A DNA stretch of 64,000 nucleotides from Cycas panzhihuaensis. Taxonomy: Eukaryota; Plantae; Cycadophyta. Each line of letters begins with the position of its first letter. Positions within the stretch are counted from its first letter, which is position 1. The position numbers were made by a program, and so were the translations under genes. Below are positions 24,672 through 39,459 of this stretch, piece by piece. The stretch covers positions 98,091,741 to 98,155,740 of the forward strand of contig CM041465.1 in NCBI GenBank assembly GCA_023213395.1, written 5' to 3'. The notes under the pieces are model-generated. The model worked only from the letters and a program-made list of their open reading frames with translations. It did not search any database and was not told the origin of the DNA.

Positions 24672-27600
24672 TGAAGAAAGGATGGATCTAGGGAATAAAT
24701 CACTCAAGTGCACACAATGGAAATTGAGAACGAAAAAGAAGATGAAACAAGATATGAGAGCAAGCTTAGAGGTGAGAATGAATAATATCTCCCTTATTGA
24801 GATTTCATCTTTTATTATTAAGGGTGAGCATTGGGATTAGGATTTTCCTGCCTAATGACATGAACTCAAAATTACATCTAAATACACATAAAGTATATTT
24901 CAATAAAAGACTAATGCTAACAATATATCCTAAGGTCACATAATTAATTTACATAAATGACCTTGATACATTAATCTCTTTCAATCCCCCCCTTAATAGT
25001 GGAAGGTCATTTTGAGAAAATCTATTCTATGAGGTCTTCATTTGAGCCTCATTATTACATTAAAATTCTAAATGACACTTTTGTAGGAAAACCCTCATGG
25101 TGAATAGAAACCCATGAACTTTTTAAGATCTATAACCCCTTTTATAAATCAAAATGGCTAAGATGGCTCTTTGATGTAGCCTAATAGCTAAGTAAATTAA
25201 ATGTGAAGCTTAATCTACTAAGTCTCCATATACCATTTGGTCATCCCCTATGCCCTTTTAGGTTTTTACAAGTTCCAATTTTCTAAAACTAGTATAACCT
25301 TTATCCTTCTGTGCCCACATGGGGTTTTCAAAAATAGGATAAAGTGGAGACTTACTCTTATTCTTCTGCACTTACAAGGGGTTTTTATAAAGAGGATAGA
25401 GTATGATGATCCTGTTACCATCTTCTTTGATTAGTCAAAGATGGAGGCCCTAAGGTCGAGCTACCTTTAGAACTATTCAAACTTTACCTTTGACAGTGGT
25501 TTAGTGAAGATGTCAACCCCTTGATCTACTGTGGGGCAGTGTTCCAATTGAATTATGACGTCATGAACAAGTTCTTTAATCTTGTGTACTTTCACACTTA
25601 TGTATTTGGTATGAGCATAAAAAATAAGATCTTTTTCCATGTAGATTACTGATTGATTATCCACATGAAGGCTGATAAGACTTGTTTGGGTGATATTCAA
25701 TATTTCCAATAATTTTCTAAGCCATGTCACCTCCTTGCTAGTCTCGAAAGCAATAATGTATTCAACTTTGGTAGTTGAATTAGCAACTATCTTTTGCCAT
25801 CTGGATCTCCATAATATTGGTGCTATTTTAAGAAACGTTACATACCAGATGTAGATCTTCCTATATCTTTATCTCTGACAAAATCTGAGTCCATATATGT
25901 AGAAAGCTTGAAGTTTGAATTAGGCTTATACAACAGACCATATTTGTTGGTCGTATTAATGTATCTCAACACTTGCACTGCTACCTGCTAATGATTCTAC
26001 TTAGGATTTATCATCTAATGAGAAAGAATGCTAACAGAGTGTGCAATATCTAGCCTTGTATTGGTAGTGTGGATAAGACTACCTACAAGTTTCCTGTAGA
26101 GTGTTGCGTTAGTCTCCCTAGTATCACCATCAACTGAGAGTTTGCTATTAGGGTCCATAGGTAAAACCACTAGTGGAGCATCTTCTAACTAAAATTTGGT
26201 TAGAAGATCATTGATGTATTTTTCTTGGGACAGAAAAAAATTTCTATTCTTTTGTGTTACTTCAATTCCCAAGTAATATTTCATCAAACTGAGGTCAGAC
26301 AATTTGAATGTTTTGCTAAGGTTATTTTCAGCTGGCTTATTGCCTATTCACTTTTACCCGTTACTAGCATGTCATCCGCAAAGATTATAAGATAAGTGAC
26401 TTTGTCCTTTTGGCATTTGATGAATAGTGTTACATCAACATCTTAGTAGTCATAAACCTCATATCTAAGTTACCTCATTCTTTTAGACAACTTGGCAAAC
26501 CAATCATAAGGGGCTTGTTTAAGGCTGTATAAGGACTTTTTGAGCCTGCAAACCTTATGCTTTTGACCTTTAATCTTATATCCTTTTGTTTGAGTCATAT
26601 AAACTTCCTTTTCAAGATCCTCATTGAGAAACATGGTCTTAATATCAAGTTGGTGGATTTTTCAAACCTGTTGAGCAGCTAAGGCCATACGAGTTCTAAT
26701 TGTAAGCCACGTGGTTGTAGGTGCAAAGACTTTAGTATAGTTGATGTCTTCCCTTTGTATAAATCCTATAGCTACCAACCTTGCCTTGTATTTTTCAAGG
26801 GTACCATATGATCTATATTTATTTTTTAACACCCATTTATTTTGAACTACCTTTCTACCAAGTGGTAGATTAATGAGCTCTCATGTATCGTTCTTGATAA
26901 GAGATTGGTACTCTTCATTCATGACATTTCTCCAAGTTACATGTTTTACATCTTCTTGGTATATTAGGGGCTCTTTATTAAGAGTAAGGTACACTTCTAC
27001 CAATTCAATCTTAGTATATAATGATTCTTGTATCCTTGCTCTATGGGCACTTTGAGTGCTAGTTTTGCCCACCTTATCTGGTTGTATGTCCTTATTGAGC
27101 TAACAGACTTCATGAGATCCTTAATTTGGGAATGATGTCCTCATTTCCTCAACTTCTTGATTCTCATCTTATTCATTAAAATGATCATTTTGTGAGGAGG
27201 ATGTTAATGCACCTGAGGAAGATGGTCCTTCTACCACTATTTTGCCTTTGTCGACTGAAGGTAGAGAGGATGGGTTTTCTATACTGGTTTTGTCTTTGTC
27301 AACTCTATTATCTTCAAAGGATGGTGCTGGATGTGCACTCATCGGTTCAGAGTCATAACTTGTATCCCCCGAGGCTCTATTGTCAGCTTCCAATATTTGG
27401 AGTAATTTATGTCTGTCCTCCCTCCCTCCCCCCCAAAATTTTAGAATCTAAACATCATACTTGATAACATGATTATAGTAATGTAAGGATATTTTAGAGT
27501 CTAGTCTAAGCAACTGATCCTCTATCTCTATAAAGATGACATCTTTGGTAATGATGATTTTTTATTATGAAGGTATAAAGACCTTATACCCTTTCTTATC

Positions 27601-30600
27601 CATAGGGTATCCAACAAAGATGCCTTTAAGTGCCCTTGGATAGAGTTTATTTTGATCTGTATTCAGAATATGGGCATAACATATAGAGCTAAAAATTTTG
27701 AAGTAGTGAACAATGGGGGCTTGTCCTGACCACTTTTCATTAGGTGATTGTCCTTCCTTTGATGGGCTAATAGCATTGATATACTAAATGGCTATCTAGA
27801 TGGATTTGGCCCATAGGTAGGTAGGTACATTTTTGTATACCAACATAGCACAAGCCACGTTCATAATTGTCCTGTTCATGCACTCGACAAATCTATTTTA
27901 TTATGGGGCACCTGCTACTGTTGCTTAATGCTATTATCTCGAAGGTAGCTTTCAAACTCATGTGAGGTATATTTTCCACCATTATCAGTTTAAAGACATT
28001 TGAGTTAATAACTTGACTCTTTTTTAGTGTGGGCTTTGAATTCTTTAAATACACAGAAGGCTTCATCTTTCTTGTATAGAAAAGCTACCCATACTTTTCT
28101 AGTAAAATCATCAATGAAAGAGATGTAATATAACTTACACTTATGTGAAGGAATGGGTATTGGTCCACACAGATTAGAGTATATCAATTGTAATGGATGG
28201 ATTGATTTCCATTGACTTTTAAAAAAGGATTGTCGATGAGATTTGGTAATACTATAAGCTTCACATTTAAAGGGCTTAAAGGAGAACTTTAGAAGAATTG
28301 GAAGAGTGTTACAAAGATCTCTAAGTCTATCAATGTGAACATGGCCTATGTGAGCATGCTAAAGAGCTTCTAGTGATAACGTTAGATGGGTCAAGATGGA
28401 ATTAAATGCAAATTCTTCATTGCCATAAGGGCTTTGGGTACAATAAGCTTCAGAAGATGGAGAGCTATTCAGTAAAAAGAGTTTGCAGAGAGATGTCTAG
28501 TCAAGATCACTTGATCAGTTAGAGGGTGAATGACCTAGAGAGTTTGGTTATTTGTGATTACACTTAGATTAAATCCACAACAGATAAGTATAGATAAAGA
28601 GAGTAGGTTTTATTTGAGATTGGATATATATAAGACATAAAATAATGTAAAATCTTTTAGGCCTAGGAGTTTCAAGTGAATATTACTAATTCCTTCAATA
28701 GGTTATTATGATTTATCAACCACGTGAATAATTCCTTGAATATTTGAGTCAAATTATTGATATAGACTACGATTACATGTCATATATTGAGTTGCTCCGG
28801 TGTCTATGATTCATTATCCATCAATTAAAGCCACACTATTTATAATTCCAATAGGGCTTAGCATTGGTAAAGGGAATTCACAAGTGATATATCCATATTG
28901 AGATTTAAAGTATCTCTTTGGTTGGTCAATAGCATTTGATGTTGAAGATCCCTCAATTCTTTGAAAGTGTACTTGTATAAAACCTGCACCACTAAAGGAT
29001 TCTTCACAAGTTTCTTTAACATTGTGAGCTCTATGTTTTGGTTGGAACTTGGCCAATATATAAGTAGTAGTTCTACAATCTTTTTCTAAGTGTCCTTTAT
29101 GGTTACACCGATCACACATAATAGCTTAATTACTAGTCCCTGAAGAGGTATTGGTTTGGCCTGATTATCTTACTCTTTGTTGAGGTGGCCCTTAGCCTTG
29201 AAACTATCGAGGCTGTGACTAAGGGTTTGGTTGACTTTGTGGATAATTTTCTATGTTTCTTCCTCTTCCTCTTGCTCGGTTGCTTCCTCTGCCATGAGAG
29301 GGACCTTGATTTTTTGTGTAGAAACCTTCTTCTTACATCTCAAAGGCTACATCTGGAAGAGAGTCAGAGGCTACAAAGTTGGTATTAAAGGTCTTGTCAA
29401 ATTCTATGAACTTCTCAGTAAGTGCTTCAAAGTTGAGTGTCTTCAATGTTCCACTATATTGAAGACTTCCAAACAAGCTTTTATAACCAGGGACATGTAG
29501 ACATGATTAGATCAAGAATGCCTAAGTGATACATTAGGCCTTAAAATCTTTATCAATCGCCTGTTTTATTGGTCGAAGGAGATTTATTGTCTTATGAGCT
29601 CATCCCTTCTATATTTTAAATTTGTTTATTTTCAAAATAAGATAAACAAATTCTAAATCTGACTTAGTATCAAAGTTCTTCTTGAGAACTTCAAGGACCT
29701 TCTAGGCTGTATGATGTTATTCTTTGTTAATCAAGTTATGCAAGGAGTGATCAATAACCAACAAAATTCTTGCACGAATCTTTTTATCATCTATCTCCCA
29801 TTATAGTTTAGCTACAACATCTATAGGAATTGTTGGGGTAGATCCACTAGAAGTAGGTGTTGTAGCTGTTATAGGTATGATGGATATAAGCTGCAAGTGG
29901 GCTTGCTAAATGCCTTTATACTTTACAATATTTTTAACTCCAGTGTACCATAAATCTCACTTTTCTTTGTCTTTCAATATGTAGTTGACATTCTACTTAA
30001 ATTGAGATGACATGGTGATGATGAAGAAGTAGAAGAGATGATAGAAGTATGTGCCATTGATATGTGTGGCTAGTACACCTAGCACAATAGGGATATGAAT
30101 GCTATGATGAGAAGTAAACAATGATTAAGGATTTTTTAACAACTATGAAAAATGAGTATAAGCAATGATACAAGAATAAGGCCTAATGTAGAGCTGGCAA
30201 AGAGTGGTGATGTGTCATGCCACTAACCACTAACTTATGTCTAAATGTAGGTGAGGTTTTGATGCCTAAGGCTTCTAGTATATGATTAGGACTTTCACTC
30301 ACGATAACTGCACCTGTTCTTGGTGATAAAATCCAAGTCACAATGGAGCCCAGGTACTCCTAGTCCTCATCCAATTTACCAGTGAGTAGCTATATACCTC
30401 ATTCAAAGAGTAAAATGGTATGTGTGTATCCCACAGCTATGACGGATATTAGACTGGGTTAATTTTAATCTTATATTAAGGTTTTCAGTTTTCCTCGGTG
30501 GTTATTAGGGTTATCCTTGATTAGAGGCTGTAGGTATGGCTAACTTGTCCCTCTATCACTATTCCAATTAAGACCAGACCTAGTATGAAACTCATACCTC

Positions 30601-32273
30601 CCTTAGGGCCTAGACTTCAGTCAACCGTGGTATATATCAAGCAAGGCAAGTGTGCACACAAGTCAAAAATTGGCAGTATAGATCATATAGATGAGATTCC
30701 TTTTAGGAATAATGTAAGTTATTTTTGAATAACTGAAAACTGAAATAGAAAGTTACCAAATATACTTGCTTGTCTTTTGTGATTGCTTTGTTGTTATTGC
30801 TGCTTTATATGATGCTTTATGATATGTGTACAAATAGGAAAAACATACAAGATTTAGTAGAGAAACGAGATGTTGCTTCCGATCCAAGGTTTCCCTCACT
30901 TTAGTATAATGTTTCTAAATATGTTTTTAGAAATTTTAATATAAAAACCATAATGGGTTAAAAAGTGGACCAACTTTCCACTAAAATACTAATTTTTCTA
31001 GATCTAGATGCATGCTATTTTTCCCTATTTTGTGATTTTTTCATAAAATTTATAAATAATCATAAATGGGTATAATTTTCTAAAAATTACAAATATGAAG
31101 GCCTAAATGATAGAATTTGAATTTATCATAGAAGGAAAAAGTATTCAGAATATTGTTTCTGATAGAGTAATGAGGTCAGATTTTTGAAAAGACATCAAAG
31201 CATTTTTCCTAAAAAAAACACAAAAGCAGAATCCTACGAGATCCACTGTCTCAGAATCTAAACTTCAATATTCTAAAAGTTTCATATTGACATTTACATC
31301 AACTTTTCCTTCTACATCATCTCCAAAATTAGCCAAAACATTGCTCGAAATACCCTCACAATTTCCTTTGCGGGGTTGAGTAGGCAAATTTAGCATTCGT
31401 GAGAAAACTGCATAGATCTCACTAACCAGTGGATGAAATTTGATGAGATTTATCTTCAAATGATTCTAAGACATAAATCTATGAGATCCATAAAAAAAAA
31501 CTTTCAGATTTTTAACTTATAATTAAAGGATTTCATTGGAAAAAGTGCCTTAAGTCACTTATCTACAAAATTTACCCTTTTGACTTAGTTGAAAATCATT
31601 GTTGTAGGATTAATTTAAAGCTACTCTGGATGACAAAAATGATCCTCTAGTCAAGGTGGACCTACATGCTAAATTTCATCAAAATCTGAGATAATCAAAT
31701 TTTTCATAAAATTGAAAGCCTTTAATGCTTCCGGGAATGTTCCGGCAACCAAACGACTTCATAAACCTATATTTTCCACCTATAAAATTTTTCACATATA
31801 GAGAAAGTAGAAACATATAATGTACTATAATTTTAAGCTCTCAAAATATTAAAAATGATGAGTGCATTCTCAATACTTCACATTAAAGGTGAAAGAGAGG
31901 CCAAATGGCTCTATGCAAGTGGAATGGAGTGAATAGATCCCCTTCTAGCTTTGATACCGCATGAATGAAGGATGTATCTAGGGAATAAATCACTCACATG
32001 CACACAATAGAAATGGAGAATGAAAAAGAAGATGAAACATGATGTGAGAGTAAGCTTAGAGGTGAGAATGAATAATAACTACCTCCTTGAGATTTTGTCT
32101 TTTATTATTGAGGGTGAGCATTAGGGTTAGGATTTTCTCGTCTAATGACATGAACCTAAATTTATATTTAAATGCACATAAAGTACATTTCACTAAGAGA
32201 CTAATGCTAACAATATATCCTAAGATCACATAATTAATCTATACAAATGACCTTGATACATTAACCTCTTTTA
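24672..32273 (-). mobile_element. Full-length decayed Ty1/Copia element 'C'
   Basis: 312-bp LTRs at 24672-24983 and 31962-32273; TSD ggttg/cgttg (4 of 5); Met-PBS at 31948-31959; PPT at 24984-24994. Confidence 0.95.
25473..30013 (-). pseudogene. Copia gag-pol of element C (gag, zinc knuckle, PR, INT, RT, RNase H) with many stops
   Basis: CDRCNHKGHLEKDC, IDTGAT, LCGPI...[37 protein letters not shown]...TKYI...VDIFTKPL. Confidence 0.95.
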
Positions 32274-33499
32274 CGTTGAAATCATCATTGATAGAGGGAT
32301 AATCAACTCATTCAGTAAATCAATAAGAAATCTCAAACACATTCTCATAAAATGCAAATCTAAGCTACACTAAGTTATTCTAAGTAAGGTATGATTATGC
32401 ACCTTCCCTTACCTATTATTATGATATCTATTAGATTCCTAGATTATGGGAAATGCTTGATCCTTCGTAGTAGAACCTCTTTAACCTATATCTAAAAGAT
32501 GGTGAATTCTATTAACAAAGTTTTGATTAGTCTAACAATAAGCTCGTAAGTGTGAAAGGGGAAAATGTTATTCTATAATTTAGCCTCCTTAGCAAGTATT
32601 TAGAGAATGTTAACCTTAGTTTAGCCTTATTGGTAAGAATCTTAGAGATGTGTTGACTAAGATAGAGGATTGGTAAGTGACCTAATCAAACTAAGGCAAG
32701 CCAATAGTTGTGATAAACCTATACAAACATAGATGGGGCCACCATAGTTTATCCTCATTAGTTGTTATTTCTTAGAGTGGTCTTAGGTGGCTAAGGGATT
32801 ACCTTAACAACTAGACAGGTTAGGCTTGAAGGCTAAAAAGTGATTAGTATGATAGCCAAAGGTTGGGCTCAAAAGCTAAAGAATTTAGACAAATGAGGGG
32901 GTTCCTCAAATGCCAAAGGAATAAACTTAGAAGTCATAAGTAATTTCCATAGTTTAACCTCATTAGTAACCATCTTTTAGAGGAGGGATTGTTTAGGCAT
33001 ATCTCAAAGCCAAGATTTTTTGACTTTTTGGTTTTATAATTTTTTCAAGTTTTTGTTATTTTATAGTATTTTTTAGATTTTTTAATAATTTTATATATTT
33101 TTTGGTTATTTTCTAAAATATAAGTAAACTATAAAGGAAATGACACAAATAGAAAGGTGCAAGTTTGGGGTTGCTATATGAGTAGTACCCCTTTTGGAGA
33201 CCTATAGTTGGACCATATATATATATGTATATATAAGTTTATAAAGTAGCTTATCCTAATTTCAAATTAAGAGTGGTAGTTTATGCTCTTACTAGAGCAA
33301 AGGAGAAGTTGGTATATTATCCCAACTTCATGAATAGACAGGGATACCCAGGGTTGTCATCATAGTTTAACCTTTTTAGTGAGTACCCCTCGAAGGTATC
33401 AATAGGACAATGGTCTATAAACGTAACCTCAATGAGGGGCCTTATGGGCATGAGGAGAATCACTTACCTATGGTAAATGACACTCAAGAATAAAGGTAG

Positions 33500-34284
33500 C
33501 CATTTGATCAATATCGATGTTATATCCCCATGGGATATGGTGGACTATCACTATAAAGAATTACGCTAAAAGTGACTTAGCTTAGCTAGCAACGGCATGA
33601 AGTTAGGGCCAATGAACTTGGTAAACCTAGGTAAGTTGACATATGACGAGTTGGAAGTCGATAAATAATATGATAAGGCCATGGCAAACTACAATGTATT
33701 GGTCATGGATTCTATAATGGCAATATACTCAATTGTATTATTGGTTTCTATAGGTAAATTAACTCTAGAGCAAATTAAGACATGTCCTAGATTATCTTAG
33801 ATGGTCCAAGTTATAACAAAAGGGCCAGGGTTCCTATATATACCCCCATTAGTATGGATGATTAATGCCATGAGAGAATGTAATAGTAGCTTAAATATTA
33901 CTTGATGAATGAAGGAGATAAGGTAAGAATTAACAAATATCATTAGGACATAGGCTCACATATACACTCTAACTATAATGATAGGTTAAACATGGATCCT
34001 ATGAGTTACTTTATGTTAATGTCATAAGAAGTTTTCATGATTTATTTTGATCCTCAAAATGCTAAGTAGGTTTCAATCATGACTAAGGCCATGGTAGACC
34101 CAAACATCTAAATCTGAAGGTCTTATATGACCCACACGTCTAGACCCAAACTACAAGCCACAGGTGGGGACAAAGTTGACATGTGACTTACCCTAGATAC
34201 TAAGAAGGTGGCGAGAGGCATATACACATATTTTTTATATCTTTTTATTATTCATACATACATACATTATATCTATCTATCTAT

Positions 34285-34341
<57 letters not shown>

Positions 34342-35200
34342 GGTTATTGGTGTATACCTACATTTTGTTTGTTAATTTTTTTATTTTTTTGATATAGAAA
34401 AATACCATGGTGATGAGCCAACTCATGGGGGACTAGGTAAACTAGAATGCAACATCCTATTTTAATAAAATAAAGATATAACAAGACACGAGGGAGTAAT
34501 GAGGAGGGTTGAACCATGAGGAGAACATAAGCGATTCATACAAGCAATCTCTAAGTGGTTTCATAGGGGACATGAGTGAAATAGGGTCCTTATAAAAACA
34601 ACTATAAGAAGATTAGACTCTCTACTACAATAAGGGTTAAATGGGATAATAATCTAATAACATGTTAAATGATAACATTATAAAGAACATAAACTATAGG
34701 CTATACAAGTGGGATACCACTAAGCTGAAAGATCACATATAAATGGATGAAAAGAGAGCAGTGGAAATGCCTATGGATTGAAGAAGGAGATGCCATTAGC
34801 AACGAAAGGTCCACAAGTTGATGACATGGTCAAGAAGGGGCCACCACACCAGGAGAATTGACTATAGGCATGGTTATGCACACAAATAAGGTTACCTTAA
34901 GGTCTAAAAAGGAGATAAAAGCATTAATGAACAATGAGGGTCAAATATTACTTAACAAAATAAGGGCCTATTAGGCCATGAAATTTGGATCCATCATTGA
35001 AAAATGATCTCATGGACTATAGAGAGTGATATGACAAAAGACAGTGATAGTAGGGTGATGAAAGGGCAATGCAAGTAATGATGAAAGTCATTAATGGCTT
35101 GTATTAATGACTAAAAAGAGAGGTACCTTAGATCATAAAACAAGAGTGAGTAATTGGGCTAATGATAAGAATGATGATACAAGGGTGAAAAACTTGATCA
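33500..35200 (-). pseudogene. Tat pol remnants: RH C-terminus, additional archaeal-type RNase H (about 34520-35020), then integrase C-terminal part
   Basis: Frameshifted motifs YDLRYL...QAINDF, (F)NDGSK..G, (G)D.QLVVSHL, FTHVP..NHL.DCL; weaker integrase-like W.YKT at about 34125. Confidence 0.55.
34253..34341. repeat. Compound microsatellite (CATA)n-(TATC)n-(TC)n-(TA)n
   Basis: Directly visible in the sequence. Confidence 0.95.
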
Positions 35201-35413
35201 AATAGAGTTTGAATAGGATAGACAAAGGTAAAACAAACATCTAGAAGTTGATTTATAGCGAATTATAAGAAGGGGTGGTTATTTGTTTTAGGTTTCATTT
35301 TTGTGTTTACAAGATAAAAATTTGTTTAAGAAAACCTAAGCCTCTTTGACCTACCAACCTTTCCTAAGTAATATTAGATAAATTGACCATCATAATCAAG
35401 TATGGATAGATCC

Positions 35414-37895
35414 CGTTTCCAAGTTATTGGGAATGACATGGATACCATGATGATAGGTAAGTGAAGGTATGTGTCCACTTCCTTATATTATCATTTATTT
35501 ATCATGTTACATCACTAGATCTTGAATATATATCTTATTTGCCTACTTGTTGGCTTGGTGGGCCATGTTACTCTTATAGTCAATGACAAGTTTAACATTG
35601 GTTGATGGCAATTTAGTCTACCCATTTGGCTTGGCAAGTATGGGAAGTTTATTTATGACTCCTATAAGGCCTTATTGATCCATTTTGTTTTATTACATCT
35701 TATTTTTTAAATCATTCCTCTTGTTTTACCTTCATTTTTACCCTACTTTTTATTGTTTCTTAATTTTTAATTCATCTCATGATTATTTTTATACATTACA
35801 TTAATTGATATCTATTTGTTGTGTTTTTTGGGAAGTAGAGTGTTATTTTTATTAGATAAAAGTGGCACAGTGAAGTTCTTTGCAGTACTATGATACCATT
35901 CATAGTACCACAAAAAACTTTGTGGTACAAATATCACCAACCAATAAATAATCCCAAGGGCAACAATCGATATATTTATCACACTTGTGTAATCTTGGGG
36001 TGGCATTTGTTAGCTATAGATCTTCGCATATCTATTTTTTTAGGCCTAAGAGGCATTATAACGTAAAAAATCTTTGATATCATATGGTTTTGGGATAAAT
36101 CCATGGTCAAGTTTGATGGATTTAGATCCATTATTTTTGCCCATATCATAGGCTAAAAATCAACCACCCCACCCTCACCTCCATCTATCTAACCTCTTAT
36201 TTTTCTATTGGAAAGGGAGGTCAATTATTTATATGAAGGTACTAAAATTCTACTAGAATTTGGTGTTTCCCTTGATCTGCTTACTTGCATTGCTTCCTAG
36301 CTTCAAGTTTATAACTGTGTTAGAATGCCCTTTAGTTGAAGTAATTAGGTCATTGGATTCAGTCTCATAATTTGGAATGAGGTAATCCTCCATATTAGTA
36401 AGTTGATTTCCTTATTTATTTATTGCTTCCACTTTGAGTGAGTTGAGCATTGCTCTTCTTACTTTCTACCAGTTGATTCACTTTACAAGGAGAAATTACA
36501 ACCAAGTACTTATTGATTAGCCTCATTATTGAGAAACATAAAAGCTATTTTTAAGGTTTGCATTCTCTTTCTTACTAAGGTATCAACTGACGTGCCTTAG
36601 ATAGTCATTTCTTAATATTTTGAGGTTATATTTCCATTGTTGTTGTGTCCTTTTGGTGCACGTACTTCATTTGCTCTTATAGGTAGAGTATATTTATGAC
36701 ATTATAAGTTTTAGAAGACTTATGAGTGATTCCAACTTCTTCTTCCTATTCTTGCCTTTAAATTGTTTTGCCTCATTGGATAGTGTGCCTATTTCATAAC
36801 TAGAATGTTGCTAGAGTTTTACCACAAACTTCCAAAAGCATGAGGTAAGCCCATCTTCATTTTGTTAAGGTTTCTTATGACATTTTAAAATTAGACATAA
36901 AACTCTTTTTCATCATATTACAATCTAACAAGTAAAAATGCTGCCAAAATTTTCATAGAATTTTAGTATATAGATTTCATATTTACTTCACTGTATTTGA
37001 GCACTCTTTAGCAGATTGGAAAGACAAAGGGGATCATAAAGATACACCATGTGGTAAACTGAGCTCTCCTCCAAGTACCCCTTTCACTTTCACTTTCCCA
37101 AAAAGAACCCAAAAAAGAAAAGAAAGATAATGTAGATTCTCTCTGTTATAGTTTCTCTTTTTTTTTTTCCTTAATAGAAAAAAGAAAACAAAAAGAAGAA
37201 GAAGAAAGAGAAAATTTCTTTTCCATACTTCTTTTTCCCCTCTTTTCTTTGAAAAGAAAACAAAATTAAAGAAAGGAAAAAAGAGGGTAGAAGAAGAGAA
37301 GGATAAGTTTGTTTACTTCTTATTTGTTTGAGTTGTATTTCTCTCTTTCTCCCTCCATCCCTATCCTATAAAACATAGTTTTACTTAAAAAAAAAGTAAG
37401 AAAAAAAGAAAAGTGAAAAATCTAATGAAAAGACAGAGAATTTGCTTCTCCCCATTACTCATTATATTACATTGCACATTTCTTAGAATATAATTGTTTG
37501 TTTATATCAAGGCCTAGGTGAAAGAAAGGATCACATTATTATGAGTCCTCAAACTTGTGAGGCTAGAATATACATGTTAGTTAGGACTACTTATTATATG
37601 CATGCAATTATAAAATACATATAATTGCATGATGAGTGTGACTTATGATTAATTTTTTATAGGTTAACACCCCTTCTAACCCATGTTAGGCTTACAAATA
37701 CACACTTGTGTTGCCTTTTAGTCATTAACTAGCCATGAAAAGAAGTGTCTTAAGCCTCACACTTATATCCATGTGACACATGAGTGCCCTATGAGGCGTA
37801 TTTACTCACACCCTATGTCACATGTTCTTTTAATTCTTTAAGGTTTTTCTTTTTGGTTAAGTTTATATATTCATCCTCCTATTAGACTATGTTCA
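35414..37895 (+). repeat. 5' LTR of element E (about 2.5 kb)
   Basis: Starts cgtttcc...gaatga...taggtaagtgaaggtatg with the same spacing as X; ends CA just before the PBS. Confidence 0.75.
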
Positions 37896-37896
37896 C

Positions 37897-37914
37897 TAGC
37901 GACCATACTAGAGA
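37897..37914 (+). other. PBS, tRNA-Arg type (decayed)
   Basis: TAGCGACCATACTAGAGA is a G-to-A-decayed TGGCGACCATACTGGGGA, again 1 nt after CA. Confidence 0.8.
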
Positions 37915-39459
37915 CTCGCTAGTTGGTAGTTAGCTTAGCATTGCTAAGCCTTTACCACTTCCTCTCATTTTCCATTGCCCTATGAGTTTAGGGTGTTTAT
38001 TTAATTTAGTTTATGTAAGTATCTCTTGTACATCCCTACTTCATTCATATGACTTTGGTTGCTCCCCATATAAGATGATTTTCTTGTCACTTATGAGGCC
38101 TCTCTCCATTCAATCTTGGATTTCAATACACATCTATTCCAATAAGTGACCAAGAGTCACCTATGGCTAGTCAACTCCCATATAAATGGTCCAAAGACCT
38201 ATATAAACCTTATGCTGAAGATTGGCCCTAATCTGTTGGTTTATATCCTCCTAACTAATCCTTTTAAAAGGGTGTAAACCCCTCGTATCAAATCCACAAA
38301 GATAATGGGTTTTATCAAAACCCAGTTAGGTCCCATACTCATATTATAGGAGCCATCCCTCCTCAAGAACCTTCTCAACTCCCTAAATCATTTATCCATC
38401 CATTCTCATTCAACTAGGGTCATTAGGATGAGGATATCCCTACCTCCGATTAGACTCATATCCCTCTATAAGATACCATGGTGGCCCTAAGGGCCCATTT
38501 TGAGGTAATAACAAGGGAATTAACCCTTGTTTGGACATGATGCCTACTTTTTAATGCCCTAGTCTCATCTACTGCTATCCCTCCCCTAAGTCAATCCACA
38601 TAACCCCATTATATACCCTAGTGGCTATGTTTATGGTCTGACTTATCTAAATCATAACCATCACTTCTTCCCTAATTGATCCCTCACATGGGATGGGGAT
38701 TGAGTCATCTCAAGCCACCTCTTAAACCACTTCTCAAATCCTATAACCTATCCCTCTTACATCCACACTACAAGTGACTATTCCATGACTAAGCATGCCT
38801 TAGGTTCCTCCTTCCATCCCTTCTATTCCTCCTCATCCTTACCATATGGTACCTACTAAAGGCCCTATGCCTTACCCTCACCTATACCATGACGACCTTA
38901 CTTTGTACATCTCATTGGGATACAGATCTAAATAATGGAAGTATGGTAGGCCTTGTTCTTTGCTTATATATGGGGTAAATCCTTTCCATCCCTATAGAGT
39001 TGCCCATCATATCAGGAGACCATTCATGCAAAATCCTCCACCACATCCTTCATCCTATCCATCCTAATCAATTATGCTAGCCCATTCTTATCAAGGTTCA
39101 TCTATGAAACCACCTATCTCTCCTTGTGCTACCATCACTCTATAAGGGGTGATGGCCCAATCAAACCCATCTTACCACAATCCTTCATTTGATGCTTAGG
39201 GTACCCTAGGCTACCTCTTTATACTTCCAACCCTTATCACAACATGTCACCCTCCTACTAGGTTAGGGGCATGCCTTAACCAATGTCTTCTTATGCACCC
39301 TACCAATAAAGGAAACTATCTTACCCCATAACTTAATCCCACATTGGATATTATCCTCAACCTCCATATCCCCCTAATAATCTTTTAGTTCAACCAAGGG
39401 CATGTCCCTTTTGATCCCTTTTTACTTGGAAGTGTTGAGGACCAACTTGCCTCCTCATC

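Larger units (their letters stand above)
22040..35410 (-). mobile_element. Tat-like Gypsy element 'H': RH-aRH-INT remnants, 3'UTR, PPT and a 3' LTR interrupted by element C
   Basis: The LTR begins at 32455 with the shared AGGTAAG motif and resumes left of C; parts of 22390-24390 are the reverse complement of parts of LTR E. The 3'UTR at about 33180-33385 matches 60555-60752. Outer boundaries are approximate. Confidence 0.65.

Noticed and set aside
24600-24672. Copia C inserted in a Tat 3'UTR like D
   Set aside because: The H LTR start and PPT lie at about 32455, to the right of C, so C sits inside the LTR and not the 3'UTR.
32456-33400. Hammerhead or twister ribozyme in the Tat 3'UTR repeats
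   Set aside because: I saw no CTGANGA...GAAA core or twister consensus. Decay could hide one, so an Infernal search on young copies would be needed.
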